A stretch of 64,000 nt of DNA from Botryllus schlosseri (lineage: Eukaryota), in assembly GCA_051294905.1 (NCBI GenBank), contig CM119376.1, positions 22,446,001-22,510,000 of the forward strand. Direction: 5' to 3'. Below the pieces are notes generated by a model. That model saw nothing but the letters and a program-made list of their open reading frames with translations, had not been told where the DNA came from and made no database searches. Every line of letters starts with the position of its first letter. The first letter of the stretch is position 1. Positions 48,571-61,822 of this stretch are shown here, one piece after another. The position numbers and the translations under genes are program-made.

Positions 48571-49850
48571 CAGAGGTGGTCAAAGTAGTTAAGAAATCTA
48601 CTCAATTAGAAGGAGAAGTAGCGACGGAGAAATCTACTCAAGTACGAGTAGAAGTACTTATTCCATAAGCAACCTAAAACTACTTGAAGTAGAAGTAGAA
48701 TTGACTGACTTTAAATCTACTCAAGTAAGTAAGTGGTTGTAAAAACGATCGTAATTCGTTCACATGGACTGTCAAAAGGTGCAAATTGAGCTATGCGAAA
48801 GGTCCCGACGGCAGGAGGTATCCGATTTTCGACAGCATAAGCTTTCGTCAGCATCATATGGGATGAAAATAATAGTATTGAAATGGAAATAAGATACTAA
48901 TCCTCTGTTTACTCCAACAGCACGTTTTAGAAAATATCATGGTATAGCACCCTCCCCCTATGGCCTATATTATAAAGCCCGTAGTTTAATCGAAGAGCAA
49001 TACGGAGTAGTTGTATATGATACGGTGTAAACACTTTGCGCGATTAGTATATGTTAATAGAAAAAAAATGGTAGATAGTAAAATGCTATATTGTATAGCT
49101 TTATTTCCGGATATTATAGGCAATCCGTCACTTGCTTTTATGCTTCAACATCTATGTTATGCAGACAAAAGAACTGATGTTAATTAGAACTCAAAGTATA
49201 TGATACTGGGAATTGAAAGTGAAATATAATTACTACTTCTAAAAGCGGAACATGTATTTCATGTCTTTAGTCCAGAAAGTTTCGAAGGTTGGTTTGCTAA
49301 AACAGCTCTGAAACTAAAAAAGTCAGAGTCCACTTTTCCAGATTAGGACACGCCATGGACTGCTAGATTACGATATGATAAATAAATGCTAGATTGCGAA
49401 ACATCAGTTTCAAACGTTATGATGAGCCATATTTACTGTGATGAAATATTTCGTATGGGCGAAGGGCGACAATGCGGTGTGAACGGAACAACGCCAACCC
49501 GCTACCTCAATTATATTCACCGATACTTTCGTGAAATTATACTGGTCACCCTGAACCACTGCGCGCGAAGCGCGACGAAAATTCTGGGCTTTAGTCAACT
49601 TTTATGAAAATGAAATTTTGATACTCCTTGAAAACAGCCCCGAAATTCCCCAGGCTATCTTCCTGATTGGAGGATTAAACTACTTCAACTTGACAAAATG
49701 AAAATAGCGAAAAGTGAGTAAGTAGATAAAAAAAATTATAAAGTAGAAGTAGAAGTAGCGAAAATCAGATATACTTGAGTAAGTACCAGAAGTAGAGGAA
49801 AACTACTTGAGTACTTCGAAAAAGTAGAAGTACTTCGTTACTGACCACCT
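48571..49850 (+). mobile_element. Family B element, uninterrupted
   Basis: cagaggtggtcaaagtag ... ctgaccacct; TSD gtaatact / ttaatact. Confidence 0.9.
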
Positions 49851-50287
49851 TTAATACTGCCTTTAAACTCCGTCCGACAACAATCGCCATTTTACCGAAC
49901 TGCACACAATGCCCAAAGCTGAAATGAATCCTGAAACATCTTGATAATAGACTACATAGAATGAATGAAATATTTTCTAAACTTTTCTAAACTAACCCGG
50001 CTCCGATCCGACTACGGTCGTATCAAAAAAATATGAATCCGACCGGATATTCAGTCCCACTCTATAGTATACATAGTGGGACCATACTGGTATTTCAAGG
50101 TTCTGCAATGTCTACTGCTCGCTGTGATCATTCCGAACCAGACGAGTTGCTAAAGTGTGTGCTTATCAAATTCATGAATATTTCATACACACCTATGGGG
50201 CTGCACCTTATCTGAGGTAACGGATGTGCACGTAAGAAAGTAAGCAAGTAAGATAGCGTATGAAAGAAAAATGAATGGCGAGAATAG

Positions 50288-50474
50288 CACATTATCTAGT
50301 CTGTGTTTACGAATATTATAAGGATGATGGATGTGAACAAGACGTTACCCGTCCCAGGGAATAATTCCATATGCCCCAGCTGCGTGGCACCACGTGGTGA
50401 GGAGATGATGTGGAAGTTTGTAAAATTGTATAAATACGACCATCGCAATAAACCAGGATATACTTTCAACTCAG
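50288..50474 (+). promoter_or_regulatory. Putative proximal promoter of gene 3
   Basis: cacattatc, TCCCagGGAAtaattCCATATGccc (about 50352), cgtggc, gatgtg and TATAAATA (50429), colinear with the gene 1 upstream region. Confidence 0.55.
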
Positions 50475-50483
50475 ATGGAGAAG

Positions 50484-50597
50484 ATGCAAGCTATCGTCTT
50501 CGCCTGTCTAATGACTGCAAGCGTAGCGTCATTGGCGCATGCGCATTACCACGTCTTAGTAGCGGATCGCTCACAACCGGATGCTGAAAGATTGTCA
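50484..50597 (+). CDS. Gene 3 exon 1: signal-peptide exon ([MEK]MQAIVFACLMTASVASLAHAHYHVLVADRSQPDAERLS); downstream exon not in window
   Basis: Shares HAHYHVLVA with the other first exons; donor GTGAGT at 50598 (phase 0); TATAAATA at 50429-50436; in-frame alternative ATG at 50475. Confidence 0.8.
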
Positions 50598-51489
50598 GTG
50601 AGTTGTAAATATACTTCAATTTAGGCTATAGAAAGATGATTATATTCAGGAATAAGGCGATTCGATTCCAAGTCGAGTCGAGTGGTTTTTCATATTCAAG
50701 CAAGAGACTCAAGTCGATTCGAGTCACTAGAAAATTTCGACTTGAGTCTTACTCAAGTCAAGTCATGACTCGAGTCAGTACAACCTTGGTTCAATAGATG
50801 ATACATACAAAAGTATGGATATAGTTGATAAAATTGTTGGCTTGCCCTAAAAACGCTCCACATAGAATTTGGGTCTTTTCTAACGTGTAGGAGTTGTGAA
50901 CAAAAGAATTTTTGACTGAATCTAAAAGAGTGCTAAAGAATGCTGCATTGTCTAAAAAGCGAATCATAACAAATTTTGCTCAATTTTAACACGTTCAAAC
51001 GCAGTCATTGTAGTAGAAAATTTTCAATTCGAAAAAATACTATTTAGGGTGGGTGTTTTGAGACAACCCAATAATTTGACCAGTAATATTTGAGAAGAAA
51101 AGCTATTTTTGGACAACTGTATAATATAGACATTAGACATGCATAACCCCGATGCAATAGAGCCAAGTATACCTCACATGTTGGTATCCGAGGAGGCTTT
51201 AGTAAATTAATTTGGGGAACATCTGACAATTATGCAGTGTAGACTAGAAATATGTACTGTGCCATATTGTGGAAAGCCGTATGCCACAGGTGGCGCAGAT
51301 ACGAGACTGGTGCGAATGAGTCGCAATTTTCAGTGGCAACTTTCATCCGCTCTTTGCTGGCGATGTTGAAAGTCTGTCTGCCTTTGGCTATAGCGTCACA
51401 AAGAGTGATACCGGCCATGTTTCGAGCAAAATTTTAATAGGTAGGACACGGAACATTTTCAAATTTCCATTCTCAAGTTTTACCGTCAA

Positions 51490-51950
51490 GATTGCGTAGT
51501 GGTGGAGCGTCCGGCTTCTTTACCGTCTGGTCGAAGTTTCTATCCCAGCCGGGTCAGTCCATATACCTTATTATCAGTACAACGGTATCCGTGGCTTCCC
51601 CGTTTGGCGCCCAGCAGCATCTCCGGGATAGCATGGAGGGGTGGTGTAAGACTTAGAAAGCCTTACAAAACTATTTATGCGCTTCCCTTTAGCAACGACA
51701 GATCGTATGAACGAATATACGAATATCATGCTAGGCGATATGAGTCGGTCATCATGGTCAGTCGGTCGTCACGAGTCTCGCACCGACCGAGATAGTGTGA
51801 TGGTGATGCGCCCGGCTTCTTGATCGGTAGTTCCGATCGCCGGCCGGCTCAGACCAAAGACTCGAAAACTGGTATCTGAGGCTATCCTCCTAGGCGCTCA
51901 GTCATCACGGATAGCATGGAGGTGAACAAAATGGTGGTGCAGACCTTACT
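51490..51950 (+). mobile_element. Two adjacent degenerate copies of a second tRNA-like SINE family
   Basis: Units at about 51490-51670 and 51787-51950 share ccggcttctt, ggtatc..ggct.cc...ggcgc.cag and ggatagcatggagg; degenerate A/B-box-like heads. Confidence 0.55.
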
Positions 51951-53201
51951 ATAAAGGCCGTATCGCATATCCGTCGTCAAAGCATATCGATGATGCAGGC
52001 GAAAAAGAATATCATCTCTTTATATATACCCCGAAAGCATCAACGAAAAAATTTAACCATTCTAATCCTAAATGGACAACGGACTGCGACTATACAAAGG
52101 TTAAGAACCAAAGCAATTTGTTTAATAAATAGCCGTGAAGTTTGTGGTTGGTTGAACATTCAATATAATCATATTTGCCTCATCAGCAAGCAGTTAGCGC
52201 AAGTGATCGGCCCGATATCGTGATCGCAGGGGATACGTAACTGTCATTTACGGTCTGATTCGATAACTTTCTGTGACTTAAGGCGATGAATTTTCCGCGT
52301 TTTCTGCGAATCAACAACATCGAAACAAAATATTACGAATAACCACACCGACGGCTAATCAGTAACGGTATATACCCAGCGACTAGCCTCATTATCATTT
52401 TGAGGACGAGGGTGTGGAAAATCATGTTTTCGCCACAGATAAGTTTATGAGATCAAGTATATGCCCTTTTCCCAACGTGTTCTCGAAGAGAGAGCACGCA
52501 GTATATACCATTCAGTATAAATGAATTTTAACAAACCACAACACGTTGGTTAGCCTATACTCAGTCAACCCGGATATATCTTGATAAAACCGTGAAGCAC
52601 TGTTCACAATGGCTGTGCGTGCGCAAACTCGTGGCCAACAGCCCATGCTAAGTATTAAGCGGGATGCACACTGCGGCCTGCTGTCAACGCAACTGCAACT
52701 CGTATCGCTAGTTGCAGCCCACAAGTCGCAAGTACTAGCGGCGCAATGTGGCTTACCCGTGGAAGATTTAATGAGCTGCAGTTTGTTTTTGTTTTTGGGG
52801 TATTCATGGTGTTTGTCGACTGCTATGGTCATTTTACACCAGGCCGATATTCTTCTTATTTTTCCGTAACTGCCGACTTATAGCACGGCCCACCTCTAGG
52901 CTTTTTGTAAGACACCGCTGACGCGGATGAGGTGGCGAGGAGGAGCCTAGGTAAACCTCCAACACTTAGGTATCGGAATTCGGAAGTCTCGAAATGAATA
53001 CCAGCATCTCACACTCTGTGCAAATGAAGATTTCGAAGGGAAGAGAATTTTTGGCCATGAATGAAGTGACGTTACATGAACATTTCTCCTCAACGAATCA
53101 ACCTGGTATTTCCATTTTAAACACGCAAAATCTTAGGGAGACAGTTGGTCGACATTTCCCGCTGCCTATTCAGGATTATAGAAATATAGAAGTGTCTATG
53201 G

Positions 53202-54359
53202 CAGTGGTTCACAACCGGGGGTCCGCGAAGCATTTCCAGGGGGTCTGCAAAGCCTCTAAATTTGCAAATTGGTTGGTAACCAAATTTTTATTTGTTTATA
53301 TTAGCGGAATCAGGAAGAAGTTTGTGCTTCTTTACGGCTAAAACTTCATGAGTCACATCAACAGAATGGCCGTCTTAGATGAAATATTCTACTGTGAAAA
53401 CTCATTTTAATTGCCAATAGCCTACTGATAGAAACATATTGATGTTTAGAGAGGTTTTTTGACGTGTGTGGAAAACATAGTAGTTGGAGCAGTAGGGTCG
53501 AGCAGGGTGACAGGTGACTTCGAAATGTTTTTAAAAATCCATTTTCACCTGTGATATACATAACCGCTATTCCAGAATAAGTTAATGATGAGCTGGTAGA
53601 TAGAAATGACTCGGCTGGACGTCATATGTTCATTGTTCATTAAATAATTTGTTTCTCTATTTTGATGCTCTTGCCATATATGTTGCGATCATACTTAAAG
53701 TAGGGTTACCATATTTTGGAATCGGGAAACGAGGACACTTTTTCAAAATTTTCAAACTTGGAATACCAGCGGAATATCATGAAAAAGTGGTAGTCGTAGT
53801 CGGTTGACTAAAAAAAGGTCAACTTTCGCTCAGCTCCCGAAATACCCGCCGGATTTACGGCATCTCCGTCGAATTTTGCTATGATTTGACTAACATTCCT
53901 CAAAAAGAGGACAAAATCTCAAAAAGGAGGACATTTAGGCGTCCTAGGAGGACATTTTCAAAAACCCGAAAAAGGAAGACAAATCCTCCTGAAGGAGGAC
54001 GTATGGTAACACTAACTTAAAGGTGTCATTGGAAGCGTTTCCCGTTAGTATTACATTCGCCACCACCACCGGCACTCGTCCGTATCAAATCGAAGGCGCT
54101 GAATCTCAAGACAGAAATGCAGCTGCAGAATTCGCTTTAAAATAATGTAAGTCTACCCAATTTCTACAGAAATAGTATGAGGTTACGATCAAGAAAAGTC
54201 TTTTTGTTGCAGTTTATAACTGAGCCTACACAGTTATATTTGCACAAGAAAGATAACGGTTCCACGATAATAGGGGCTAAATTAAAATAGGTGGGGGTCC
54301 GCAGGGTCCGTGAGGGTCCTCAGGGGGTCCGCAGAGGAAAAAAAGGTTGAGAACCACTG
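53202..54359 (+). mobile_element. hAT (Buster-like) family N element containing a family M MITE
   Basis: Perfect TSD gtctatgg at 53194-53201 and 54360-54367; inverted relative copy at 60554-61400. Confidence 0.9.
53701..54014 (+). mobile_element. Family M MITE
   Basis: Perfect TSD acttaaag at 53693-53700 and 54015-54022. Confidence 0.9.
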
Positions 54360-55785
54360 GTCTATGGAATATATATGAACTTTCTATCTTTTCTGACCTC
54401 AGTGACTGGATCCTCGGATTAAGCATTCTTATCTTATTACATCACATCCTGAATGAGGCAGTGAACAAAATCCAAATTCATTTTCTATTTTAACTTGAAT
54501 GAAGAACACCTTACAGCAGGGGTGTCAAACATACGGCCCGCGGACCGCATCCGGCCCGCGAAGCAATTCTGAGTAGATTGAAAGTGCTTATGTTTTCCGG
54601 CACCAATGTTGAGATCTTATTGTAGGAAATACTTCCATTAAATAATCCCTTAAGACAGCAAATGTCGACCATGTTCATGGGTATATTAACCACCGCTTGC
54701 TGTGCTGTGGTTTCACTTTATATTTACCACTGCAAACAGCTCGATGACATAGACACCTTATTTGTAGAGGCCAAAACGTGCACACTGGACCTGAAAGTAG
54801 TTATTCGCAGAAGCGAAATCGCTAATGCGGAATCGTTTTATCCAGTTTAAATGGATAATTTATTACTCACACAGGAATATAGTTCAAATATCCGTGGCCT
54901 CACTGCTGTGTCACATCTGACTCAAAATGTTCCCGGACTCCAGATAAACCAGAATAGAGATTTGGTAAAAATGAACCCAATTCCAACGTCCGCGTTTTTG
55001 GTTAAATCTCTTTTATTCCGCACAACGCATGCCCCGGCCTAACGCCATATTACGACTGAAGGTAAAGGAGCATAGACATATGCCAACTTATATCGTAATT
55101 TGCACCACCATTTTAGCCGTTCATAACTGTATTCAACCGGCCAATCGTCGCATTTTGGCAAATTTCAATGTTCGCGTCTTGCTACTTGCATGCAAGTATA
55201 AACCATTATTATCCATGACACAATGTAATATCCTATTTTTTTATATAAAATAATCTAGTGCAGTGGTTCTCAACCGCCGGTCCGCGACGACTTTCCAGCC
55301 GGTCCGCGAGGTATTTTGCAATTTTATAACAAAATTTCAAGATGCAATATGTTGAAGGCTTGTCCATTGATAAAATAAAATAAATGTCAAATATCAAATT
55401 TTAAACTCATCCAGAACGTCGCGAAGTAACATATTAGGTCTGGGAGCATGTCCAATTTGACTTGAAGTTCAACCCGTGTCATTTGACGAAATATGAGCGG
55501 CAAGGACTAATACGAGCTGACTCACTAATCCGCGCAGTTTGCGCGATCATTCGTTTTCGATTCATTCCTTTTGTGAAGGGACGCACCATCACATAATGAA
55601 GTTTAGGCTAACATATAGGAATCCGGAAAGTGTGCGATAAACTCACCGGTGGGATAACCTTGAATGAAAACAACTGCTCTTTATTGAGCGATAACTTCGA
55701 TGTATATATATATGTATAATTGTCCATAGGCTCCATAATGGCTTGCACCTAATCTCACTGTCCTGGCAATATGTGCCCCTCAGCA

Positions 55786-56680
55786 CAATCAATCAGTCAA
55801 TCAATCAGGTTTATTAATATTTTCATCGTTTCAAAACATCACAAGACTGCGATACAATGAAAAGATAGGAAGGTGTCGAAACAACTTGGAGTAGCCTTTA
55901 AGATCAGACACCCACCTCGGCCTAGGCGAAGTAAATAAGAGGCATGTACATTGAATGAAAAGTAATGCAGAGAATATAAGACGCAAGCAACAAAATGAGG
56001 TGGCATGTGGCGGAGGGCGAGGTCGATGTTAGGTCGTGGTCCGGTAATCCTGAAGACTGGCTAGTATTGATTTAGAAGAAATTGCTTGTATTTCGACTTG
56101 AATGCGGACATGCTCGATGACTGTCGGATAGCCGGCGAGATGCTGTTCTACAATTGGAGTCCGGCATACTTGATAAAGCAATGTGTTTTTTTGTATTCAG
56201 TCCTGATCATATATGGTAGTTGTTCTTCGTTGACGCGCGTGTCCTGAATTTGTGCGCTTTTGTCACCGAGGTGAAGTAGTCGTTGAAATTTGCGGGACAT
56301 TGACCGCAATGGAACTGATACATAAACTTGGCAATTTCTAGCTTCCTCATATCTTCTAAGTTTAGAACACCAAATCTTTTGAGAAGTGATTTATCAGTTG
56401 CACATCCAGGCCCCCGTGGGGCTTTGGCAATGATACAGATGATCCGATGTTGAAGTTTTTGCAGTGGGTCAATTGTATTCTTGCAGGCAGCACCCCAACA
56501 AAGAATTCCGTATTGTAACTTTGATAGGAATAGAGTGTTGAAGAGTATCAACAGCACGCCGACTGGCAGAGCGTAGCTAAGGCGGCGAATTAGACCACAT
56601 ACCTTCGATAGTTGTGGTTTGAGTGATTTTATGTGACTCTTCCAGGACATGTCCTAATCCAGTAAAACACCAAGTTGGCA
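55786..56680 (-). mobile_element. 5'-truncated L2/CR1-group (Crack/Daphne-like) LINE, decayed ORF2 C-terminus
   Basis: LGVLLD*DMSWKSHI...LQYGILCWG...LQKLQHRIICII...KFMYQF, typical post-RT region with in-frame stops; (TGAT)n tail at 55786-55807. Confidence 0.85.
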
Positions 56681-57291
56681 TTAGTGTTGGAAATTGGTTG
56701 ACCAGCGATGTCAACGGTTAGCACAAATGACAAAGCCGAGAGTAAAATTATTTGCCGGTGAAGAAATACCAATTTGGAATCTTGTGCGTCCTTTAGTTTA
56801 GTACGCTTGGGTGATTTCAATATCTAGTCACAATATAACAGACAGTAGGTGGCGAAATATTGACATGCTATGAAGTAATTATTCCAACAGGCCGACCCGA
56901 ATATGTTAAATTATTTTCTATTACGTGCCCTAAATTTTCCAACACTACACCTCAATCAACTCTAATCTAATAGTTCTGATAGTATACAAATTTACAGCAA
57001 CATATATGCAATCAACAATCTTATTGACCGATTTAGTCATAAATTGCCTATAGAAAACTATCTTTATATACTCAGTAGATTAATCGAATGCGTGTTCGCA
57101 AGTCCTGGCGAAAACAACCTACCATCTGTGGGTTCTTTGGGTAAGGCCTCCTACCTAGAAGTTCGGTTTATCGCTTTGTGTGGCCCAAGACTACGGTTTT
57201 GGGCAATTAGGCTGACGATCGGCCCTGATTTTGTGGATTGGCCAGTTATAGCTGTAGTCAGGTGTTTTCGTGCGGCGAAATGTATTCATAG

Positions 57292-58293
57292 TAGGGATCG
57301 TATGAACCTCAGATTGGTTCAGGTTCTTGTGAACGCGAATCTTTTTGAAAAGTTATGTCTGAACGTGATCGTGTACCTATGACGCTACGTGACGCCAAAT
57401 TGCAAATTCCAACCTTAGATATTTCAGTGAAGCGATATTTTATTGTACAGCGACGACTGAGGCCACATAATGCCAGAATGCTGAAGTAGGCTACATGCTG
57501 CCTTTTTTTAAAAGTCACCAAATGTATCATCTTGAGCAATCAACTGATATAAATCCCATAAAATTAATATCTTCCGTCGCTTTGCCAACAATTTCGACGA
57601 GGTCTTGCAAGGGAATACAAGCTTACGCCTTAACGATCTGTGCCAGACCGGACAATGTCTGACACGTCTGACTATTGATATATAGATATTGAGCTAAGTA
57701 TAAAACGGGATTGTATACTTGCTTCCGATATTACTCCATTAACAGGTTATACAGTAGCCAACACCCCGATCGCACGGATTGGATTTTTATGATACAATAA
57801 ACATATCAAATAATGATCGATCAGATACGCCTGTTAGATTTTTTATAGTAGACCGCGATGTATTCTTCATATCAACTTCATTGATTGGTGGAACGGAGAA
57901 GGATGATTCGGTGACCATCTACATGTAGCGTATTTCCAACTTGATGTTGTGTGACTGCGAGTCACGCTCAAAGTAGAGAGTCACTAAATATAGACAAACG
58001 GAAAGCTGAATATTTCGAGCAAACTAGTGTATCAAAGCAAGTAAAATATTTGAGATTGGCGAGGTGCATGCTCGATTGTGTTGATTTTTATATATTGCTA
58101 GCGTCATGCATGGTGGCTCGAAGTTGAAAAGCAAAGAATTTCAACCAATGATGTTATGATGTGAAAATTTGTAATATATGAAAAAGGTTCACAGCCCAGA
58201 ACCTACGAATGTTCGTTTGTGAACGTGACCCTTTAAGTTTCCGAGGTTCACACACAGAACGAGAACGTGAACGTCACGTTCTCATCATCCCTA
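57292..58293 (+). mobile_element. MITE (tagggat ... atcccta, gttc/gaac subrepeats)
   Basis: Perfect TSD attcatag at 57284-57291 and 58294-58301; related end at 14855-14939. Confidence 0.85.
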
Positions 58294-59258
58294 ATTCATA
58301 GTATAGCCACAGTAACCTACGACTGGTGGTAATGAGCAATGAGCAAGGTAGCACGACAAGGTGCTTGGTTCGAGTCCGAAACGCTTGGTCTCTCGATATT
58401 GTCGAAGATACATAAATTTTCGAGTTAACGTGGTCGGTTCAATCCATGATCTTCGGCGCGAAAGACTGTAAACGACTCTCGGCGCTAGCATGTTTATTTT
58501 GGCAGGGCAATTTTTCCTCGAGTTAGCAGACTCACTACGAAATAATCAGATGGATGCCATCCTGAACTGAACATCTTTATCTACGATCAAACCACTCAAA
58601 ATGTCTCTCTCTAGCATCATATACTTGCATAAAACAGCTGCATACTTCACGTTTTGAGTTGATTTCAATATTTGAAAGTTCACCGGTCCGCCGAATATTT
58701 TTTGAAATTTTACCGGTCCGCGAGGTGAAAAAGGTTGAGAACCACTGATTAGTGTTCGAGTGAACAGCAAGGACATGAGTTAACATTTTAAAATCAATTG
58801 ATTCATCCGGCCCGCGAGTTATTTGAAGGTCTGAATCCGGCCCGCGACGCAATTTGAGTTTGACACCACTGCCACTTCAAATATGGTATTCGGAATTATT
58901 TTCATTTCTATAGTCGAATGGCTCGCAGATGTTACCTTTGAATTTGACCCAGAGCCTGCATGGTTGATTTTCCAAGTTAAAGCTCTCGTGCACCTAATCA
59001 CAGTGTTGAGACCAAGTCGTCTAGTCGCTGCACATTTTGACTCGCAGCGCATAATCTCATGATTTAGCAAACCGGAACAAACTAAAGATAACTAATTATC
59101 TATAAACAAACTGTACCAATGTACAGTGTACACTGCGCAACATTCGTATTCGCAAATATTTCCGATAATGACCGTGACGATTGTCTATTAGGTAATGGCT
59201 TCACTCGACAATCAACCACTTATGCACACAGAATTGCAGAGCGATATATCTATGTTCT

Positions 59259-60215
59259 GGGGGAGATGTGGAACCGATGGATCACTGGGACCGAAAATGC
59301 TTGACAATTTCGCCATGATAATTCCATGATTACAGTCCGTGAATTTGTCTACAATTACATGCTGAGAGAATCTTTCCTCACATGCAAAAAATCCGACCTG
59401 CGTGAGTTATGGGGTCTGTGACGAATGATTTACGTTTTATGGGGTGCAAGGTAAATTTGGATCGACATTTGCCTCTTTCTATATCACCTTTCCGACTAAC
59501 AAACCCGCCATAATTTTTGATGTGAAGTTTAGGGCTTATATCAGGGCATATAATGGCACATCTTTTTGAATCAATACCATCCTCGAGTGGACTGTTTTCA
59601 AGTCAATTACAATATTTATGGGGTGGGGGACCTATGGTACCATGGCCAAATCCAGCAAAATAGATGGACCAACTAATCACTTAACAACAGAAACTCGCCT
59701 ACATATATATAGGCTGTATATCATAGGTACCTGTGGTGTTTTGTCGCTATTCCGAGGTATTTGAAAGTCAAAATGTCGATTTGCGGGTAAAATGTATGTG
59801 GCATCAATTTTGTAAGTTTAGGCGTAAATCAAAACATGATTTTATGCCAACATTTGAGTTGATATAATCTATTTTATTCTTGAAGGTCGCGACGAAACAT
59901 TCTTCATTGACTTGATGTAGCTTAGCTTATAGTACACAATGAAACAAGTTAACAAATTTGAGTTTTTGAGCGTATGTCTCATAGGTCCCATGGTCGTGTG
60001 CCTTTGGACCCACCGGGTGGGGACCGATGACACGTTCGAGCAACAAATTTTAAACGTTAATAAATATTTTTTGAAAAGGCGGATATTCATGTAAATGTCC
60101 GCGATAGGTAGAGCTTGTATCGAAGTGCTGGGACAGCAAAAGATCTGCTATTCTCGGCTGGAGATTTGAGGGTCACATTTTGCAATTTTTGATCCATCGG
60201 TACCACATCTCCCCC
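59259..60215. mobile_element. Element with 26-bp inverted repeats (gggggagatgtgg...), superfamily unassigned
   Basis: 59259-59284 and 60190-60215 are reverse complements at 25/26; no clear TSD. Confidence 0.65.
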
Positions 60216-60553
60216 ATTTCGTCGATGTATACTACCGTACTGATTACACGCGACTTTCATTTCCCGTCGCGTCAATCGCAGATAGCCAGAAATAACGAAA
60301 GTTGTGGATCTTGTTGTCCTGTTAAAAAATCGTGAGGACGAACCCCCTCCAGCTCGCATTAGTAAGAAGAGATTGGTAGACGTGAAAATTTCGTTTGGTT
60401 CGTCATCGTGCGTAACCTTATCAAATTTTATGCGTGCGGATTAGCAGTTTTTAATCACACGATTAACATTCTTCCGGATCAGCAAACTGTATCATCTCCG
60501 CTCAAAATGCGTCACGATTAGCGGTTTTTATTCACACGATTAGCATTCTACGG

Positions 60554-61400
60554 CAGTGGTTCTGAACCTTTTTGTCTTCACGGACCCCCGCGGACCCCCG
60601 AAGTTTTATAGCAAATCTAGCTCAATTATCGTTGAACCGTCATATGTCTTGTGCAAATATTAAATGTAGACTAGCAGCTAAATAGCAGCAAAATACATTT
60701 TCTTCAACATAGCATCATACTATTTATGTAGAAATTGGATATACTTTTATTTGAAAGCGATTTCTGTAGCAGTGTAGCTGTACTTCTTGAAATACGTGAT
60801 TGTGTCTCGAAAATCTTTGATTTGATATGAACGAGTGCCGAAAATCCATTTCCGCCAATTTATGTTTGTTTGTTTTGTGGTATTCATGGTGTTTGTCGAC
60901 GACTATGGTCATTTACACCAGGCCGATATTCTTCTTATTTTCGGTAACTGCCAATTTATGTGATGCCGAGTATAAAAATAATGCGTAACGCTTCCGACGA
61001 GACATTTGGGTATGATCATAACATATATGGCACCAAAATTGAGAAACATATTTTGTAATGAACATACAACATCCAGCCTAGTCGTTTCTACCAAGCAGAT
61101 CATCTTTATAAATTATTCGGGAATATTGATTATGTATATCACGAGAGAAAATGGGTTTTACTAACATTTCGAAGTCACCCTGATTGACCTGCACGACTGA
61201 TACTTTTATATTCTATCACAAACCCCATCAAAATGTCCATTCTGTTGATGTGAGTCCTGAAGTTTTAGCAGCGATGAAGTGAAACTGCATCGTCATTTCC
61301 CTATTTAAAAAAATACAAATTCGGTTATTAACCATTTTGCAAATTTAGAGGATTCGCGGACCCCTGAAAATGCTTCGTGGACCCCGGTTGAGAACCGCTG
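60554..61400 (-). mobile_element. Family N element with SINE 3' fragment inside (60863-60955)
   Basis: Perfect TSD ttctacgg at 60546-60553 and 61401-61408. Confidence 0.9.
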
Positions 61401-61822
61401 TTCTACGGGATCAGCTCGGGGGCCTACAATACTAAATATCGTAGGTCCCGAGCTAACTTTATTATCTCCGCCCTCAAAGTCATTACTAGTGATTTGCCAT
61501 TTATTCTGAACCTAGAAACGAATATAGAGTAACTGTATAACTTCAGTCCGTAATTATCAAATAAAATAGAGGATCGAATATGAAACTTGGAGGTTAGTGA
61601 AACAAATTGGCATGGTGCATTCCACTGCGCTTCGAAACATTCATGAGATACAATTTCAGCCCCGTCCTATTTATGAGTATTATTACCGCATAAACTATGC
61701 TTGTTCGATGTAAATTATATAAAAAAAGTTGGTTATGGTGAGCACTGATGAGAACTGATCAATGTGAGCCGTCTACGGTATTAGATTAATTTACTAATAG
61801 TACGACAACGTAAGCTATAAGC

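Larger units (their letters stand above)
55261..58747 (-). mobile_element. Family G element (inverted) expanded by nested insertions
   Basis: Ends match the reverse complement of both ends of 30462-33333; flanks atctagtg / attagtg. Confidence 0.75.
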
